The notes below the pieces were generated by a model. It worked only from the letters and a program-made list of their open reading frames with translations. It did not search any database and had not been told where the DNA came from. A program made the position numbers and the translations under genes. DNA of 43,265 nt from Welwitschia mirabilis (lineage: Eukaryota): positions 42,691,681 to 42,734,945 of the forward strand of contig JBOZIK010000001.1 in NCBI GenBank assembly GCA_051453625.1. The letters run 5' to 3'. Shown piece after piece: positions 11,781 to 26,059 of the stretch. How positions within the stretch are numbered: the first letter of the stretch is position 1; each line of letters starts with the position of its first letter.

Positions 11781-14700
11781 TGGGCCATACATCTAAAGAG
11801 TATACACCTCTCATATCATTAGCTACGCTAGGGGTTGAAATAAAAAATTCTCTTCATTATTAGGAGAGAAACTAGTAATTTATTCTTAGCTTATAAATTA
11901 ATAAGCAAATGATTATACCCTTATAGGTAATATGTTGGAGTGCCCTATTGCTAACAATTTAACGAATCACCTAATTTCACTAATATAACTTATATCTCCT
12001 AGATAAGGTGTTTCATGTGTATTTAACTCTAAGAATCATGTGCATAGTCCTTGAATGAAAAACATATAAGAAGCATGCTAGGGTGCATTCAAAACACCAC
12101 AGTTTAAATGCCTACAAGATTTGAAAAACCCTATAATATGGAATGAAAAAGTTCTAAATCATTTACTTGATAGTAAAATAAAGTGTAGCATGAAATCTTA
12201 TGTAACAGCTTTTCCTTAATGTAAAGATCAAAGTCAACCCCATTATAAATATGCAATAATAGGTCTTTATTAAACTTTCCCAAATTTGTGTTTATGTTTT
12301 TTAATTCTTGCTAGGTAACTTTGGATTGCACATCAATAACAAAAAGTAAATGAATTATGTTTAACTTGATAGAAATTAAGAAACTTAGTTAGGACTTAAT
12401 ATAATTTGTTTAGTGAGGGTTTCATTTATTATTATGTTTGGTGATATCTCTTCATTGAATATCTAAAACTTACCTATAAAAATGCCTTTAGTTTTAGAGA
12501 TGGAAAAGAAACAAGAGGAATAAACCCTTACCATAAAACTTAAGTAGAAAAATCTTTAGTTTAATGAACCAATTATTAAAGATGATAAAGATGATTATGA
12601 AGAAGAGGATGCTCAAGCATAATAATGTAAAGGAAAGTAAAAGCAAAGCTAAAGTTAGAAAAAGAGTAAGAAAGCAATATTCAAATTGGCAATGAAACCT
12701 GTGTAAGTGTTATAAGGGTTACTATTAAGAAGAGAAAAATATCTTGTTTGTAATTTCAAAACATGATGTATTAAAAAGCCTAACATCTAATATGTATATA
12801 ATTTTTGAAGAGGTAAAGATTAAAGACCTAAGCTCACAGCTCCAAATACAAGTAGTAGAGAAATTTGAAGCTCCTAACTTGAATCATAAAGCTGTAAAGT
12901 AGAATCATCAAGTGTGGTATAGGAGGATGAAGAGGAGATTAATGAAACTGAAGTGGAACCAAAGGATATTAAATTGGTCATAACTCAAGCTAGATTATCA
13001 AGACCCAAGGCTATTAGAGCACTCAAAGCTATATTTTAGGATATTTTAACTGCTATCATGAAACTAACCAATTAGGATGGACTTTTGTTTCTATAAAGAG
13101 TTAACATTGGAAGTTTTAGTAGTCTCTGTTTGCCATTATTACTTAGAGTGTGTATTCCATGGAAGTTTTTCAAAATAATCTTTTGATGATACTTATAATT
13201 TCAGCTAATTAATTATAAACTAGGTAAGATTTACCTAAACCTCTTTAGTTGTTTAATTTATAGCTTATATTATTTTTAAGATTGTAAGATATTTAATTAT
13301 TTTGTTTCATATGTCAGAAAAGTTGAATAGGTTAGAGATTCTATTATTCGCTTCTTTTTATTCCTTAGTAATTGTCATTACTTAGATCAAAAAGATACAT
13401 TTTCTATATATTTGTTAGCATAATAACCTTTTTTTAAAAAAAACGGTAATTTGTTTATCCCTTTTTGTAAAATACATTAACATGAAAAAATATATCAAGA
13501 TGTTAAAAGTATTGCAAGAGATATGATTCTTACCTCTAATTCATTAAAGGTTATTTCCATTATTACTATTCTTACCTTTTTAAGATCTTTAAAAAAATCT
13601 ACATGCATTGTTTCACCACATTAGCCCTTAAAATGCATGATGAGTTAATCCTAAGAAACTTGAAAATTTTCATCCTACATGTTTATGCTAAATATTGTAA
13701 TCAATAATAATCAAAATTTATTAGGAATAATAAAAAACATTTTGATGCTAAAATAGAGATGGATATGGTGTACTTATCACTTACATGTTCTTTATCTATT
13801 ATACCCTACTTAATTTTCTGATCCTTGCATTTTAGCTCTCACTTAAAGACACCATAGATGTCTTAGAGATTATGTTAAAAAATACTACTTCAAAGTTGTA
13901 TTTAAAGCCTTCTTCTATCAATTGATATAGTTCATTATCTAAGTAGACAAAGTGTATATATCTACTGTATCCAATGAACAGAGTTATTTTATCCAAAATC
14001 ACTTAGTAAATTGATTGGCCATTACAAATGAACTATGTTAGAAATACAGTTTAATATTAAAACTTCTTTCATTTATGTTATTATCATTCTCAAGAATTAG
14101 CTAGGGAACTTTAAAAACTTAGTGGTCATGTCGGCTAGGGTAAAAAGGTTTTAAACAATCATTTATAAATATTCCATTCTACATGGATGCCTGAATTTAA
14201 TTATTCCTAAAACATATAATAACATATATGCGAATAGGAAAACTTTTCATGCTCTTTCAGGAAGAAGAAGCAGAAGGCCATGGTAATGGTGTTTCAAGCA
14301 AGAAAATGGGTGATAACAGAAATTAAGGCTGGANNNNNNNNNNNNNNNNNNNNNNNNNNNNNNNNNNNNNNNNNNNNNNNNNNNNNNNNNNNNNNNNNNN
14401 NNNNNNNNNNNNNNNNNNNNNNNNNNNNNNNNNNNNNNNNNNNNNNNNNNNNNNNNNNNNNNNNNNNNNNNNNNNNNNNNNNNNNNNNNNNNNNNNNNNN
14501 NNNNNNNNNNNNNNNNNNNNNNNNNNNNNNNNNNNNNNNNNNNNNNNNNNNNNNNNNNNNNNNNNNNNNNNNNNNNNNNNNNNNNNNNNNNNNNNNNNNN
14601 NNNNNNNNNNNNNNNNNNNNNNNNNNNNNNNNNNNNNNNNNNNNNNNNNNNNNNNNNNNNNNNNNNNNNNNNNNNNNNNNNNNNNNNNNNNNNNNNNNNN

Positions 14701-16725
14701 NNNNNNNNNNNNNNNNNNNNNNNNNNNNNNNNNNNNNNNNNNNNNNNNNNNNNNNNNNNNNNNNNNNNNNNNNNNNNNNNNNNNNNNNNNNNNNNNNNNN
14801 NNNNNNNNNNNNNNNNNNNNNNNNNNNNNNNNNNNNNNNNNNNNNNNNNNNNNNNNNNNNNNNNNNNNNNNNNNNNNNNNNNNNNNNNNNNNNNNNNNNN
14901 NNNNNNNNNNNNNNNNNNNNNNNNNNNNNNNNNNNNNNNNNNNNNNNNNNNNNNNNNNNNNNNNNNNNTTAATTAAAGTATTGCCTATAATAGTTCCTAA
15001 AGCTTCAAATTACAAAAGAAGACCTATTAATTACTAAAACATAGGAATGCTTTATTTCTTCTACTTGAATGCTCTATTATATTAAACAGAATCCTGTTCA
15101 TCCTTTAAAAAAATATAATACATATTTAAGACATAAAAAAAGATATCCAAATCTTTTCTCTGATGGCTTATTACAAATTATTGGGATGTTGGATTATTTA
15201 ATGCTAGACTCGAATGATGAAGAGTATTATTCAAGAAAAAAGGAATAATATGATAGATTATTTATAGTTGAATCCATTTCCTTCTAGTGTCCAAAATAAT
15301 GTCAATACATGTTACTATAAAAATGGCTAATATTCAATATTTAACTCTTAATTTGTGATTTTTCTAAAGATGAAATGCCATCAATTAGCCATGAAGGCAT
15401 GATGTGTGATTTAAGGGATGTACGATTTGAAGGGCATAATCATGACTAGGGGGTATTTAGTTACATTTTGGTATGATTTATGGATTGACCACAGCTAGAG
15501 GGCATGGTAAATTCCAAAACTAGGCTTTATAGACTATCACATACTGACCAAAATCTAATTCTTCAGATTAGTCCCTATCTACTTTATCATGACTTCACAG
15601 TAGAAAACAACTATCAAGGTATGACTTACATTATATTTCATAAACCAAAAAAAAGAATGGAACTAACTTATTGAAGATCAAACTAGAAAATTTCCTCTAG
15701 TCTCTGCGGTTTGTCCCTTGCTAGGATATGCTAACAAGATGACTTCAACCAATAAAATTATGCAATAAAAATCTTTGATATTATTAGTATTAGTGGAGAC
15801 AATGACAAAGACTATTAGAGGCTTTGGTGAGGTACTAATAGTGCTAACTGAAGATGCTAGGAATGTTAAGAATCATTAATGATTATGACGACAAAGGTTG
15901 ATAGATGATGCTAGTAAAGATTAGTAATGAAAACCCAATAAATTGATAATGATGATGATTATTATTTTGGAATTAATGATGACATGATAATAAGAATTCT
16001 AGTAGACTACTAAATATAGTTAAAGAAGTTGCTAGGTGAATACTGAAAATAGCTACTCCATTAATATTTAAGCAATTAAAACTAATGTTCCCCTCCATTG
16101 CAAAAGAAAATAAGAAAGAAGTAGCACTAGTAGGGGCTCTGGTTACATCAATAAAGAAGATAGTTCTAACTTTTGTATTATAGGACAAGTATGATTAAAA
16201 TTCATCATACTAATGTTTGAGAGTAAGCTCACTTGCCTTTTATAAATACCATGGATGTGATAGTTTCATGTTGCTAGGTTGATAGTGATGTTGATGCCCA
16301 ATAGTTGACTATCTATTGACTAGAGGAAAACTAATGATAAATGATTACTAAACATTACCTCTTTCAATGAGAAGACCAAACATGTAAATGATAGAGTTTT
16401 TACATGGGGGGAGTATCTTGTATTATATTTTACTTCATCTTATTTTTGTAAATTTGGTAGAAAATAATGATCATTTTAATGATGATTAACAAAACAATAA
16501 TAGCATGCATATGCCTCAATGAGATGTTACTCTAGTAGTATCAATGTTATTTAAAGTGTTGATTTAGAAATTGAATGTAAGTCATCTCATGGAGGATGGT
16601 TTTATGAACTATTTTTTATTTGAATACACCCTTATCAAAGTTTTAGTAAGCAGGTTGGATTTGTATTTTAGTGGGAGCACAAAGCATACCAACTTGTGAG
16701 TATTGGGTTAAATCGTTTTGTTAAA

Positions 16726-17270
16726 ACTAGAGGAGATTGTAACTTAATACATAAGGAGATAGTGGACTTGACCAAAAAATATCTCAAGAAATAAAAGTTC
16801 AAGTAGGCATGTATCAAGAAAGAGCTTTTAAAAATTGAGGTGTAATTTGAGAGTGATCTACTAGAACAAGCTGATTATTGCATTTGTTTGATAGCACAAA
16901 TTATAATTGAAAAGTATGGTATATGGAGTCTCACTAATGGTAGTGCAAGTGTTGTGTGAAATTCATGATCATTACTATTGAGAAGATTCTAGTGTATCTA
17001 GAGTGGATTATTATGTTAATGATCTTTTATTTTCACCTCTGATAGATGAAACATTTACTTGTTTTCTCAGATAAAAAATGTGTTATCTTGAAAATGATTG
17101 TGCTAGGACTAGAAGTGGAATTTAACATTCATTATTGAGTGTGCTATTTTTATTTTTGTAATTGAATGATTCTACTTTACTTATCATTTATGATGTTGTC
17201 ATTCATTTTGCTTTTAGATGTCTTCTACACTTGTTTAGAAACTGGTGGTTAATAAGGGTTTTGGATAGAC
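16726..17270 (+). mobile_element. Possible decayed PPT and 3' LTR of a plus-strand SIRE-like element
   Basis: agaggagat|tgtaacttaatacataaggagat at about 16729-16760 resembles the PPT/LTR start of the 27399-34529 element (agggggagat|tgtaagtataaggagat). Its extent is uncertain. Confidence 0.3.
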
Positions 17271-19399
17271 CTATATGACAAAGCATCACAAATAAGATCA
17301 TAAATAAAATAGTTAAGTTATTAAGGCTTGTTCATATGGTATAATTTAGTGCATTAATCTTGTGAATTTTATGAATGTTCATGTTTGAGTTTTCTATGTG
17401 AATTGAAAAAGACATAAGCACTATTTTTGAGTTTTAAGATGGTTGCACTAAGTTGAAAACATAGTGTTGCATAAAATGTAGCAAGAGGAAACCTAATTTG
17501 GTAAGTTACATTTTGAGTAAATAGACATCCCTGTCAAGGGATATGGCCTTTTCTCCTCTAATTATTTGATCAATACTAGGGTCACCTCATACATATTTGG
17601 TCTAAGTACAAAACAAAAAATTTGAATATTTTTGTGGAACTTCCATTTCGAATTAAAATACACTAAAAGAGGAAGATGATTGGTTTAATAGTTTTAGGTA
17701 TTTTCATGGTTTTAAGTATTATCATTTGAATCTATCATATGGTATTATCATATAGTGAATATTATAAGAGGAAATTTGTATTTAGAAAAGCAACATCCAT
17801 AATAATATAGCATGGGTATAACTTTAAAATGCTAAAGTTGGAAGAAGAGTAGCAAAAAATGTTATCACTTTACATCAAATGAATGTTAATGCAATATGCC
17901 TAATGTTATTTAAGGTCTAGACTCAAAATTCTAGTTCATTCCATGTGAGTGTGAAAGGCTACAGCTTTAGCTTCTTCTTTTGAATTATGAACCAACAAGG
18001 CTATGATTTTGTTCAAACAAAGTTCTTTCATGAAATCAATCAATCGATTCAGTTATGACTTTTTGCAAAGGAGGTAGTAGTTTCTATGATTACCATATGC
18101 CCAATGTTGTAAACATTATAGGCAACATTAGAGGAGATCTTAAGCCCATATTTTTAGTCACTTATAAGTTTAAAATCATTTCATTATTTATTTAATAGAG
18201 GGATTATCAGTTTCATTTAGTATACTTAGATTAATTTTTCTTTTTTAACATAACAACATTTGATTAGGATTTCATCCAAGCTTTTTTTTTCCCTTTTTCC
18301 ATCTCTATCTCTAAACACAAAATGTGTATTCTTTGCTTAACTTTCTTCTACAAACCTAAGATACCAACTTTTTCAATAATGTGAAAAATGCATTAAAGAT
18401 GTCCAAGAAGTGAATTATGAGGTAAGATCTAATTTTCATTGTCTATATTATTCTGTAATCTCCTACCATTGGATTTATTTATTTAGTTTTTGGATATTGG
18501 ATTGTCAAAGTCTTAATTATCAAATGTCTATTACTAATCATATGGTAATTTCACTACACATCCACTTAGATCATGTGGAATCTATTAATATGACATTCTT
18601 TTAGTAGTCCACATACCTACTTATCATGTTTTTCAAATAGAACTCATAAAAAGCTATTTACGTCATCAACAGATACATTAAAGAACTATAATAGTAAAAA
18701 CTTTAATGTATAACTAAATAAACAACTCAACTCTCATATTTTCCTTACCATTTAATATATTCACCATGTTTGTCAACTTAATAAAGAAAATCCTAAAGCT
18801 TTATTTTAGCTCTAAATGCATCTAATTCCAAGTACAATTCTATTACTATTGAATTATCTTAATGTATTAATAGGATTTTATGCTATAATATCTTACATTG
18901 ATTTCTTCAAAGTGCTGCTAATATTTTACAGATATTTTTTCTTTGTGGATGTAGTTTCTTCAAAGGAGTAAATCATGTTACATCCTGTGCTTTTTTAAAT
19001 TTTTATACTATTTATTTTAATAACTCTTTCTTAGTTGTTTCTCTTTTAGTTCCAATAGATACATCATGTGATGATGGCTAAAGGTAAACTAATGGAATTG
19101 ATACCACAAACAACCTTTACTAAAGATTTTGTGTTGTGTCAAGATGGTTAAATTATTAATCGGCCATGAACAATGCTTGACGATCAGATCTAAGCATCTG
19201 TGAAACCTTGTCATAAAGGAAAATTCTGTCCATAAGACTTTTAAGCTAGTTTGATAGTGATCCTATGGCAAATGAGACTTTAGGTGGAAATAACGCATAC
19301 AATCTATGAAAGCATTCATTTTTTCAACAAAGGTATAATCAATTATTAAGTAGTGGAAAAAAGAAGATTAATCAGATTTCTTGGACTCTTCCTATGATT

Positions 19400-20430
19400 C
19401 TTCTTTGAAGTCTTATTATTCTTTATCTTTCTCTTCTTCAGTAGCCTTCTATGCTAAGCTTCTAGCTTCCTCTAAAGTGTCTACAATCTCATACCTAGCT
19501 AGGATTAGAGCCTTTTTCGTATGCCTAGTATGAAAGTCTATTTGCCTTAGGTATAAAAGAGTCTTCTCTGGTGAGGCTTATTTGAGAGAAGAAGATTTTA
19601 AGGATTTCTTAGAACATGTAAAGATATGCATATAAGACAAAATCACATGTCTAATGGCTAATATAGGGTTAAGGATTTCTAACTTTAGGTGAAACTAGAC
19701 TCTATATTGATGATAGATGTTGGCAATTAGCATTGAGCAAGGTAAAACCCTAGTTCTTCGATACTTCAACTGAGAGATTATATTTTTTAGTATGATAGAA
19801 GAGGCATCAATAGAGTTCTTGGTTCCTATCAAGTACATCAGATATGTCCTATAGTTGAAGGTCTCATCATGATGACTTGTCAAAGATAAGAAATTATAGA
19901 TAAACCCCAAATGCAAGAACCTCTACTTTAGGGTAAGGAAAGAAGTAAAAAGGGTGGTTTTTCACCTATGAAACTTATTATAAAGTTGTCTTATTACCTC
20001 TGCTTTATCTTCCATGAAGTCATGCATAGGCTAAAACTCATCATAATCCCCTCTTAGAAGATTAGGAATAATAGCAATGTAGTTTGTAGTAACCTCATCT
20101 TCTTCTCCAAAACTAAGGTTCTTAGGGTTGCATTATTGGTATCATAAGAGGTATTACAGTAGAACATTCTACTAAGGAAAGTGTAAGCAGGTTCTAAAAC
20201 ATTAATAATGTAGAAAAGATCTAGATCTTGGAAAAGTTTCACCACATCTTTAAGTTCTGTGAGCTCTATAGTGGTAACAACTCTTTCTTAGCACACTGGC
20301 TTCCTCGCAAACTTCTCAGAGAACTTCTCTAAAACTTTGTCAAACATTTTCGAGTAGAAGTATGAGGGATTTCTACTGGCTAACTTCTTATTCCTAATTC
20401 TAAATTGACCCTTAACTATTGCAACCTCGT
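19400..20430 (-). pseudogene. env-like extra ORF remnant of SIRE element
   Basis: Reads ERVVTTIEL...AYTFLSRMFYCN (ORF 20054-20245) and RVLPCSMLIANIY (ORF 19695-19916), matching the Y..L..EFY.N and LPYG.LI motifs of such ORFs. Located 3' of RNase H. Confidence 0.6.
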
Positions 20431-20731
20431 GGAAGGATCTTAAAGATAAAAAAACCCTGAAAGCAAAACTAGATATAAAAGAGACAAGTAACTAGAAGAC
20501 AATGGAAAGGGTTTTGGCTCTACTAGATTTTAAAGAAAAGGATGATTAGGTGAGTTTTGATAAAGAAATTAGGTCCACTACCTACTCTACCACACTATTA
20601 CCCTATAAGTCTAGTTAACTGGTTTAAGGTCTGGTTTACACATTGAAATGTGAGTCATAGTAATTTAAGATTCAGACAACTAGGTTTTCAGTTTAGTCAG
20701 TCGATCACATCTAGTTAACTAAATTCTAAAT

Positions 20732-23700
20732 TCAGTTGATGGTCATAAAATCACTAGAGGATGAAGAGATAACTTCAAGTTCATTATGAAAATAAATAAA
20801 ATTATCAAAATTTAAGGGTTTAGTAAATATATTAGTAAGTTGATGATCTATACGAATGATATTCATAGAAATATTTCTTTTTTCAACTTGATATCTAAGA
20901 AAATAATGCTTTACTTCAATGTGTTTAGTTATAAAATGTTGAACAGGATTTTTAGAAATATTTATTGCACTAGTATTATCATAGAAAATAGAAACCACTT
21001 TAAAAACTACATCAAAGTCCTTTAGTATTTCCTTCATCTAAAGGAGATGAGCACAACAACTCCTTGTTGCTATATATTTAGCTTCTGTTGTTGAAAGGGA
21101 GATTGAGTCTTTGTTTTTACTAGCCCATCCTACTAAGCATTATCCAAATAGAGAACAATTACCACTTATACTTTTTCTATCATCCTTACACCTAGTCTAA
21201 TCTGTATTACTAAATCCTGCAAGATCAAAAGATGTCTTGGTTGGATACCATAATTCAAAATCACATATGCCTTTACATATCTTATTATTCTTTTAATTAC
21301 TTATAGGTGTGATCCTTTTGGTTGAGTTTAATATCTTTTAAATACATCAATACTAAACATAATATTTGGTCTACTTATTTTTAAATATAACAGGCTTCTT
21401 ATCATACTTTTATAAAGCTTTTGATCTACTAATTTTCCATCTTCATCTAGACTGACTTTATAAGAAGTTGACATAGGTGTGTTAATTATTTTAGAATTTT
21501 TTAATTTAAATTAATTGATTAAATTTTTTTATACTTAGATTGAGATATAAAAATTCCATTCTTTAATTGCTTAATCTATAATCCAAGAGACATTCTAACT
21601 TCACCAAGTATTCTCATCTCAAAATTTATTATCATGATATTTGCAAATTTTCTATTGATAAAACTTTACTAGAGGCACTAAAAATTGATATCATTCACAT
21701 AAATTTAAATAATGATAAAATCCTTTTTTAAGTTCCTAATAAATAAAGTTTTATCTATTGTTCCATAGATATAACCATTTTCATTTAGAAATGTAGCTAA
21801 CTTTTCATGCCAAGCTCTTGGAGCTTGCTTTAACCCATACAAAGACTTCTTAAGTCTATACAAATAATTATATTTGTGAGGATCTATAAACCCTTGTGGT
21901 TATTCTACATATACTACTTCATTTAGGGTTTCATTTAAAATGGCACTATTTACATCCATTTGATACACTTTAATATTTTTAAAGGCTACATAAGCTAAAA
22001 ATATTCTAATGCTATCAAGCTTTGTATAGGAGCAAATGCATCACCAACATTAAAACCTTCGATTTGGTTGTATCCTTATGCTACTAATCTTGCTTTATTT
22101 TTGATAACATTGTTTTTCTCATCACATTTATTTTTAGAGATTCACTTTATTCCAATTACATTTTTATCCTTTGGCCTTTCAACAAGCTTCCAAACATCAT
22201 TCCTTTTAAATTGTTGCAACTCATCTTATATGGTCATCATCCTGCATGGGATTCTGCTTCTTCCAATTTTTTTAGGTTTAATTTGTGAAACATAACAAAT
22301 GTAAGCACAAAAATTGTTTATTATATTCCTTGTTCTAATCTTTGATCTAACATCTCCAATGATAGACCCTAAAGGGTGATCTTTTAGCTCTTGAAACTTT
22401 TTAGTAGTGACTTCTTTTGTTGGAACTTCTTCTTCTTTTTTGGTAGAANNNNNNNNNNNNNNNNNNNNNNNNNNNNNNNNNNNNNNNNNNNNNNNNNNNN
22501 NNNNNNNNNNNNNNNNNNNNNNNNNNNNNNNNNNNNNNNNNNNNNNNNNNNNNNNNNNNNNNNNNNNNNNNNNNNNNNNNNNNNNNNNNAGCTTCCAAAC
22601 ATCATTCCTTTTATTGCGACCCATCTTGCATGGCCATCATCCATTCTGTATGGGATCATGGTTCTTTAAACTTCTTAGATTTAATTTATGAAATATAGAA
22701 AATGTGAGCATAAAAATTATTTATATAGTTTTTTGTTCTAATCTTTGAGCTCATATATCCAATGATAGATCCTAAAGGATGATATTTTAGCTCTTTAAAC
22801 TTTTAGTAGTAACTTCTTTGATTAGAAATTCTTCTTCTTTTTGGGTAGAAATTTCTTTTATTGGGGAGGTGCTTAGAGATATATTTTATTCATCACTAGA
22901 AGGAATATATTTTGTGTTAACATCATCTATTTTTATATTTATTGATTCTTTTATGGTTAAGATTTTTTTTATTGAAAACCTGATAAGATCTACTTCTAGT
23001 AGATTATCCCAAAAATATTACTTCATTGGCCTTAGAATCAAATTTGCTTAGGTGTTTTCTATTTTTTAACATAGATCACTTACTCTTGAATAATATAAAG
23101 TAAGAAACTTTTAGTTTTCTTCCTTTCCACAACTCATAAGGAGTTTTATCCATACCTAGTCCATGGTAAACTCTGTTTATGATATAGCATGTTGTGTTAA
23201 CAGCTTTATCCTAAAATGATTTTAGAACCTCCTTGTCATTAAACACTGTTCTTACCATTTCTTAGAGGATTCTATTCTTTCTCTTAATAATTCCATTTTT
23301 TTAAGTGTTTTAGGAGCTCAGAATTGGTGATCAATACTGTTATCAATGCAATAATTTTTAAATAAATTATTTTCAAACTCATCACTTTAATCACTTCTTA
23401 TTTTCTTTATGGTATAGACTTTTTCATTTTAAAACTTGTTGAATATTTCAATCTAATGTTTATATGTTTTAGATTTGTTTTCAAAAAAGGAAACCCATGT
23501 ATATCTTGAGAAGTTATCAATTATGGTTAGAAAATAGCATTTATCTTTTAAACTTTGTGTTTGAAATAGTCCTACCGAGTTCATATGAATAAGCTTAAAA
23601 GGCATGATTGTGAAACTTGGTTTTTTTCTTTTGTTTGATGTTCTTATTTGTCTTCCTTTTTGAAATGAATTACAAAGACCATGTTTTCGATATTTATTTT

Positions 23701-25994
23701 TGGAATTTCATTGACAATTTCTTTTCTAATAATTGTTTTCAGATGATCATAATTCACATGATCTAAATGTTTATGTCAAATATCTTCTTGATTAACATGA
23801 GAAAAATAACAAGAAAAAAATGATTAATCAATGCTATAAACATTATGTATTCTATTTGCTCTGAGAATAATATCATTTATTTTGTTATATCTAACTTCGC
23901 ATTTTGTACTATCAAAAATAGCCTTATAACTTTTGTTAGAAATTTGACTAATTCTAAGTAAATTATGCTTTAAATCATTGACATACAAAACTTCATTTAT
24001 TTTTGGTAAGTTACCTCTACTGATGCTTCTGGTTCCTTTAATCTTGGCTCTTTCATTATCACTAAAGGTAACTTCTCCTCCATCAAAGTCATCTAGGTGT
24101 TTGAATCTAGACTTTTCTCTTGACATATGTTGAGAGCAGCCACTATCAAAATACTAGCTAGTTTCATTTAAAACCTTGAAATCTATTTGAATTAAAAGAC
24201 TTTTTAAATTATTATCTTTCGCCAACTTAGTCCTTTTTGACTCATGTGGTATACCTCCTCTTGGAACAAATTTAAATAGAAACATACTAACTGAATTTGA
24301 AAATAATGTCAATTTTCTAGCATTACAAATAATTTGAAATGACTTGACTTATCACAAAAATGACATGTAACTTTAAAATAAACTTATTTTGCTAAGTTAC
24401 CTAATTTTATTGATTTTATATCCTTTGGGGAATGAAATTAATACCCCTCTTATCATAAGCCAGTTTTCATATTTCAAGCATCTATTCCAATTTAGTTGAA
24501 TCCCTAGAAAGTTCATTGATAAAATGTAATAAGTTATCTACCTCTAGTACAAGTTCAGATTTTTTAGACTTCATCATCTTGTATTTTATTTCTAATTCTT
24601 CCTTTTCTTTGATGAGGTCTTTCATAATATTATTCAGATCATTGATGTTCTTTGGCAATTTTTTACACTCTATGTAAATTCTAATCTTTTTAAATGATGT
24701 TTAAATCATCAGGTTATAATTAGCTAGGAAGTTTTATAATGGAGGTATAATTGCCATAAAGGAGAGCCTTTGATCTCTATCTAAATCCTGGCTAGAACTA
24801 CTATCATCATATTCATATAAATTATCTCATGTAGTAATGATCAAAGATGTATTTGAGTTTCTTTATTCTCTCTTATTGTTTGGATACTTATTTGTAACGT
24901 GTCCATATCCTTTGAATGTATAGAATTGGATTCATTTTCCTTCATCTTGATCTTTTCTAAACTTTTTGTGACCTCTTTTTATTCTTCTACTTAGCTCACC
25001 TTCTTTCTTGATTCTATGAAAAACTTTCCTAAATCTTCTTGCTAGTAGAACAACTTCATCATTTTCAAGATCTTTATATGATTTTTGTAATGTTTATTTT
25101 TCTTGCATATATTTCAAAGCAATACCTTTCTTTCTATCTTTATAAAATTATAATTCATAAGTTTGTAAATTACCTTATAATTCTTCAAGTGCTGTCATAT
25201 CTAAGTTCTTACTTTCTTTGATTGTAGTAACTTTTGACTTAAATATTTTTGGAAGGAATCTCAACACTTTTTGAACCACCTTTACGTCATCCATTATTTT
25301 ATATAGACTTGTCATGGAATTTACGATGTCAATAAGTTTAGTAAAGAATTCCTGTAGAGTCTCCTCCTTATCCATATAAATGTCTTCAAATTTAGAAATG
25401 ATCATTTAAAGTTTGGTTTNNNNNNNNNNNNNNNNNNNNNNNNNNNNNNNNNNNNNNNNNNNNNNNNNNNNNNNNNNNNNNNNNNNNNNNNNNNNNNNNN
25501 NNNNNNNNNNNNNNNNNNNTGGAATTTACGATGTCAATAAGTTTAGTAAAGAATTCTTGTAGAGTCTCCTCCTTATCCATATAAATGTATTCAAATTTAG
25601 AAATGATCATTTAAAGTTTGGTTTACTTCATAATGGATGTTCTTTTATGTGCTACTTCAAAGACGTCCCAAGCTTTCTTTACATGTTCACATTTATAATT
25701 TGTTTAAACTTATTTACATAAACTACACAAAAAGTGGAATTAAGAGAATGGTGTCTATGGTAGCTTTGAATCTATCGAGGAGTTCATTGGTTTTAAGTTT
25801 TTGGAACCACAATGGTATTGCCATGAACATTAGTTTTAGTTAGAGTAGACACAATATACCCATTTTAAATGATTATTAATGTCCACATATAAGAATTTAG
25901 GATAGATTCTCATATAGTCTTTTCAATCTGCATAGTTTAACTCATTAAACATGGGTGAACAACTAGTGGAAAATTTATCTAAAGGATTACTCAT
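20732..25994 (-). pseudogene. gag-pol: Copia gag-pol polyprotein pseudogene with many stops and frameshifts
   Basis: Gag PMFNELNY (~25950); UBN2-like KVLRFLP..KVTTIKESKNL (25175-25405); protease YFDSGCSQHMS (~24125-24155); integrase DNFSRYTWVSF (~23500); RT KRNDVWKLV, YQMDV, YGLKQAPRAW (~21810-21840) and YVND (~21695); RNase H DNTSAINISKNPVQH..KHI...FTKPL (20732-21037). Confidence 0.92.
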
Positions 25995-26059
25995 TTTTAG
26001 GTTATAGATTCTAGACCTATGAGCATCTAACACAGACTCAATTAAGATATCATATAAAA

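Larger units (their letters stand above)
9646..15650 (+). mobile_element. Decayed CACTA (En/Spm) DNA transposon; left terminus present, right terminus not found
   Basis: caatattagaaa at 9646 resembles a CACTACTAGAAA-type TIR and is followed by subterminal repeats. Collinear plus-strand transposase-like remnants: LTPLL*EIF*SS (~11560), FRDGKETRG (~12495), VHYL...LYPMNR (~13930-13980), LVTFWYDLWID (~15455-15490). The right boundary is approximate. Confidence 0.6.

Noticed and set aside
17500..18150. Possible Mutator-like transposase (SWIM-region) remnant
   Set aside because: Only a vague resemblance (FKV...FHV...); the diagnostic Cys/His residues and TIRs are not visible.
25316..25624. ~105-bp direct repeat in gag
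   Set aside because: Near-identical copies flank an exactly 100-N placeholder gap, a typical unmerged contig overlap.
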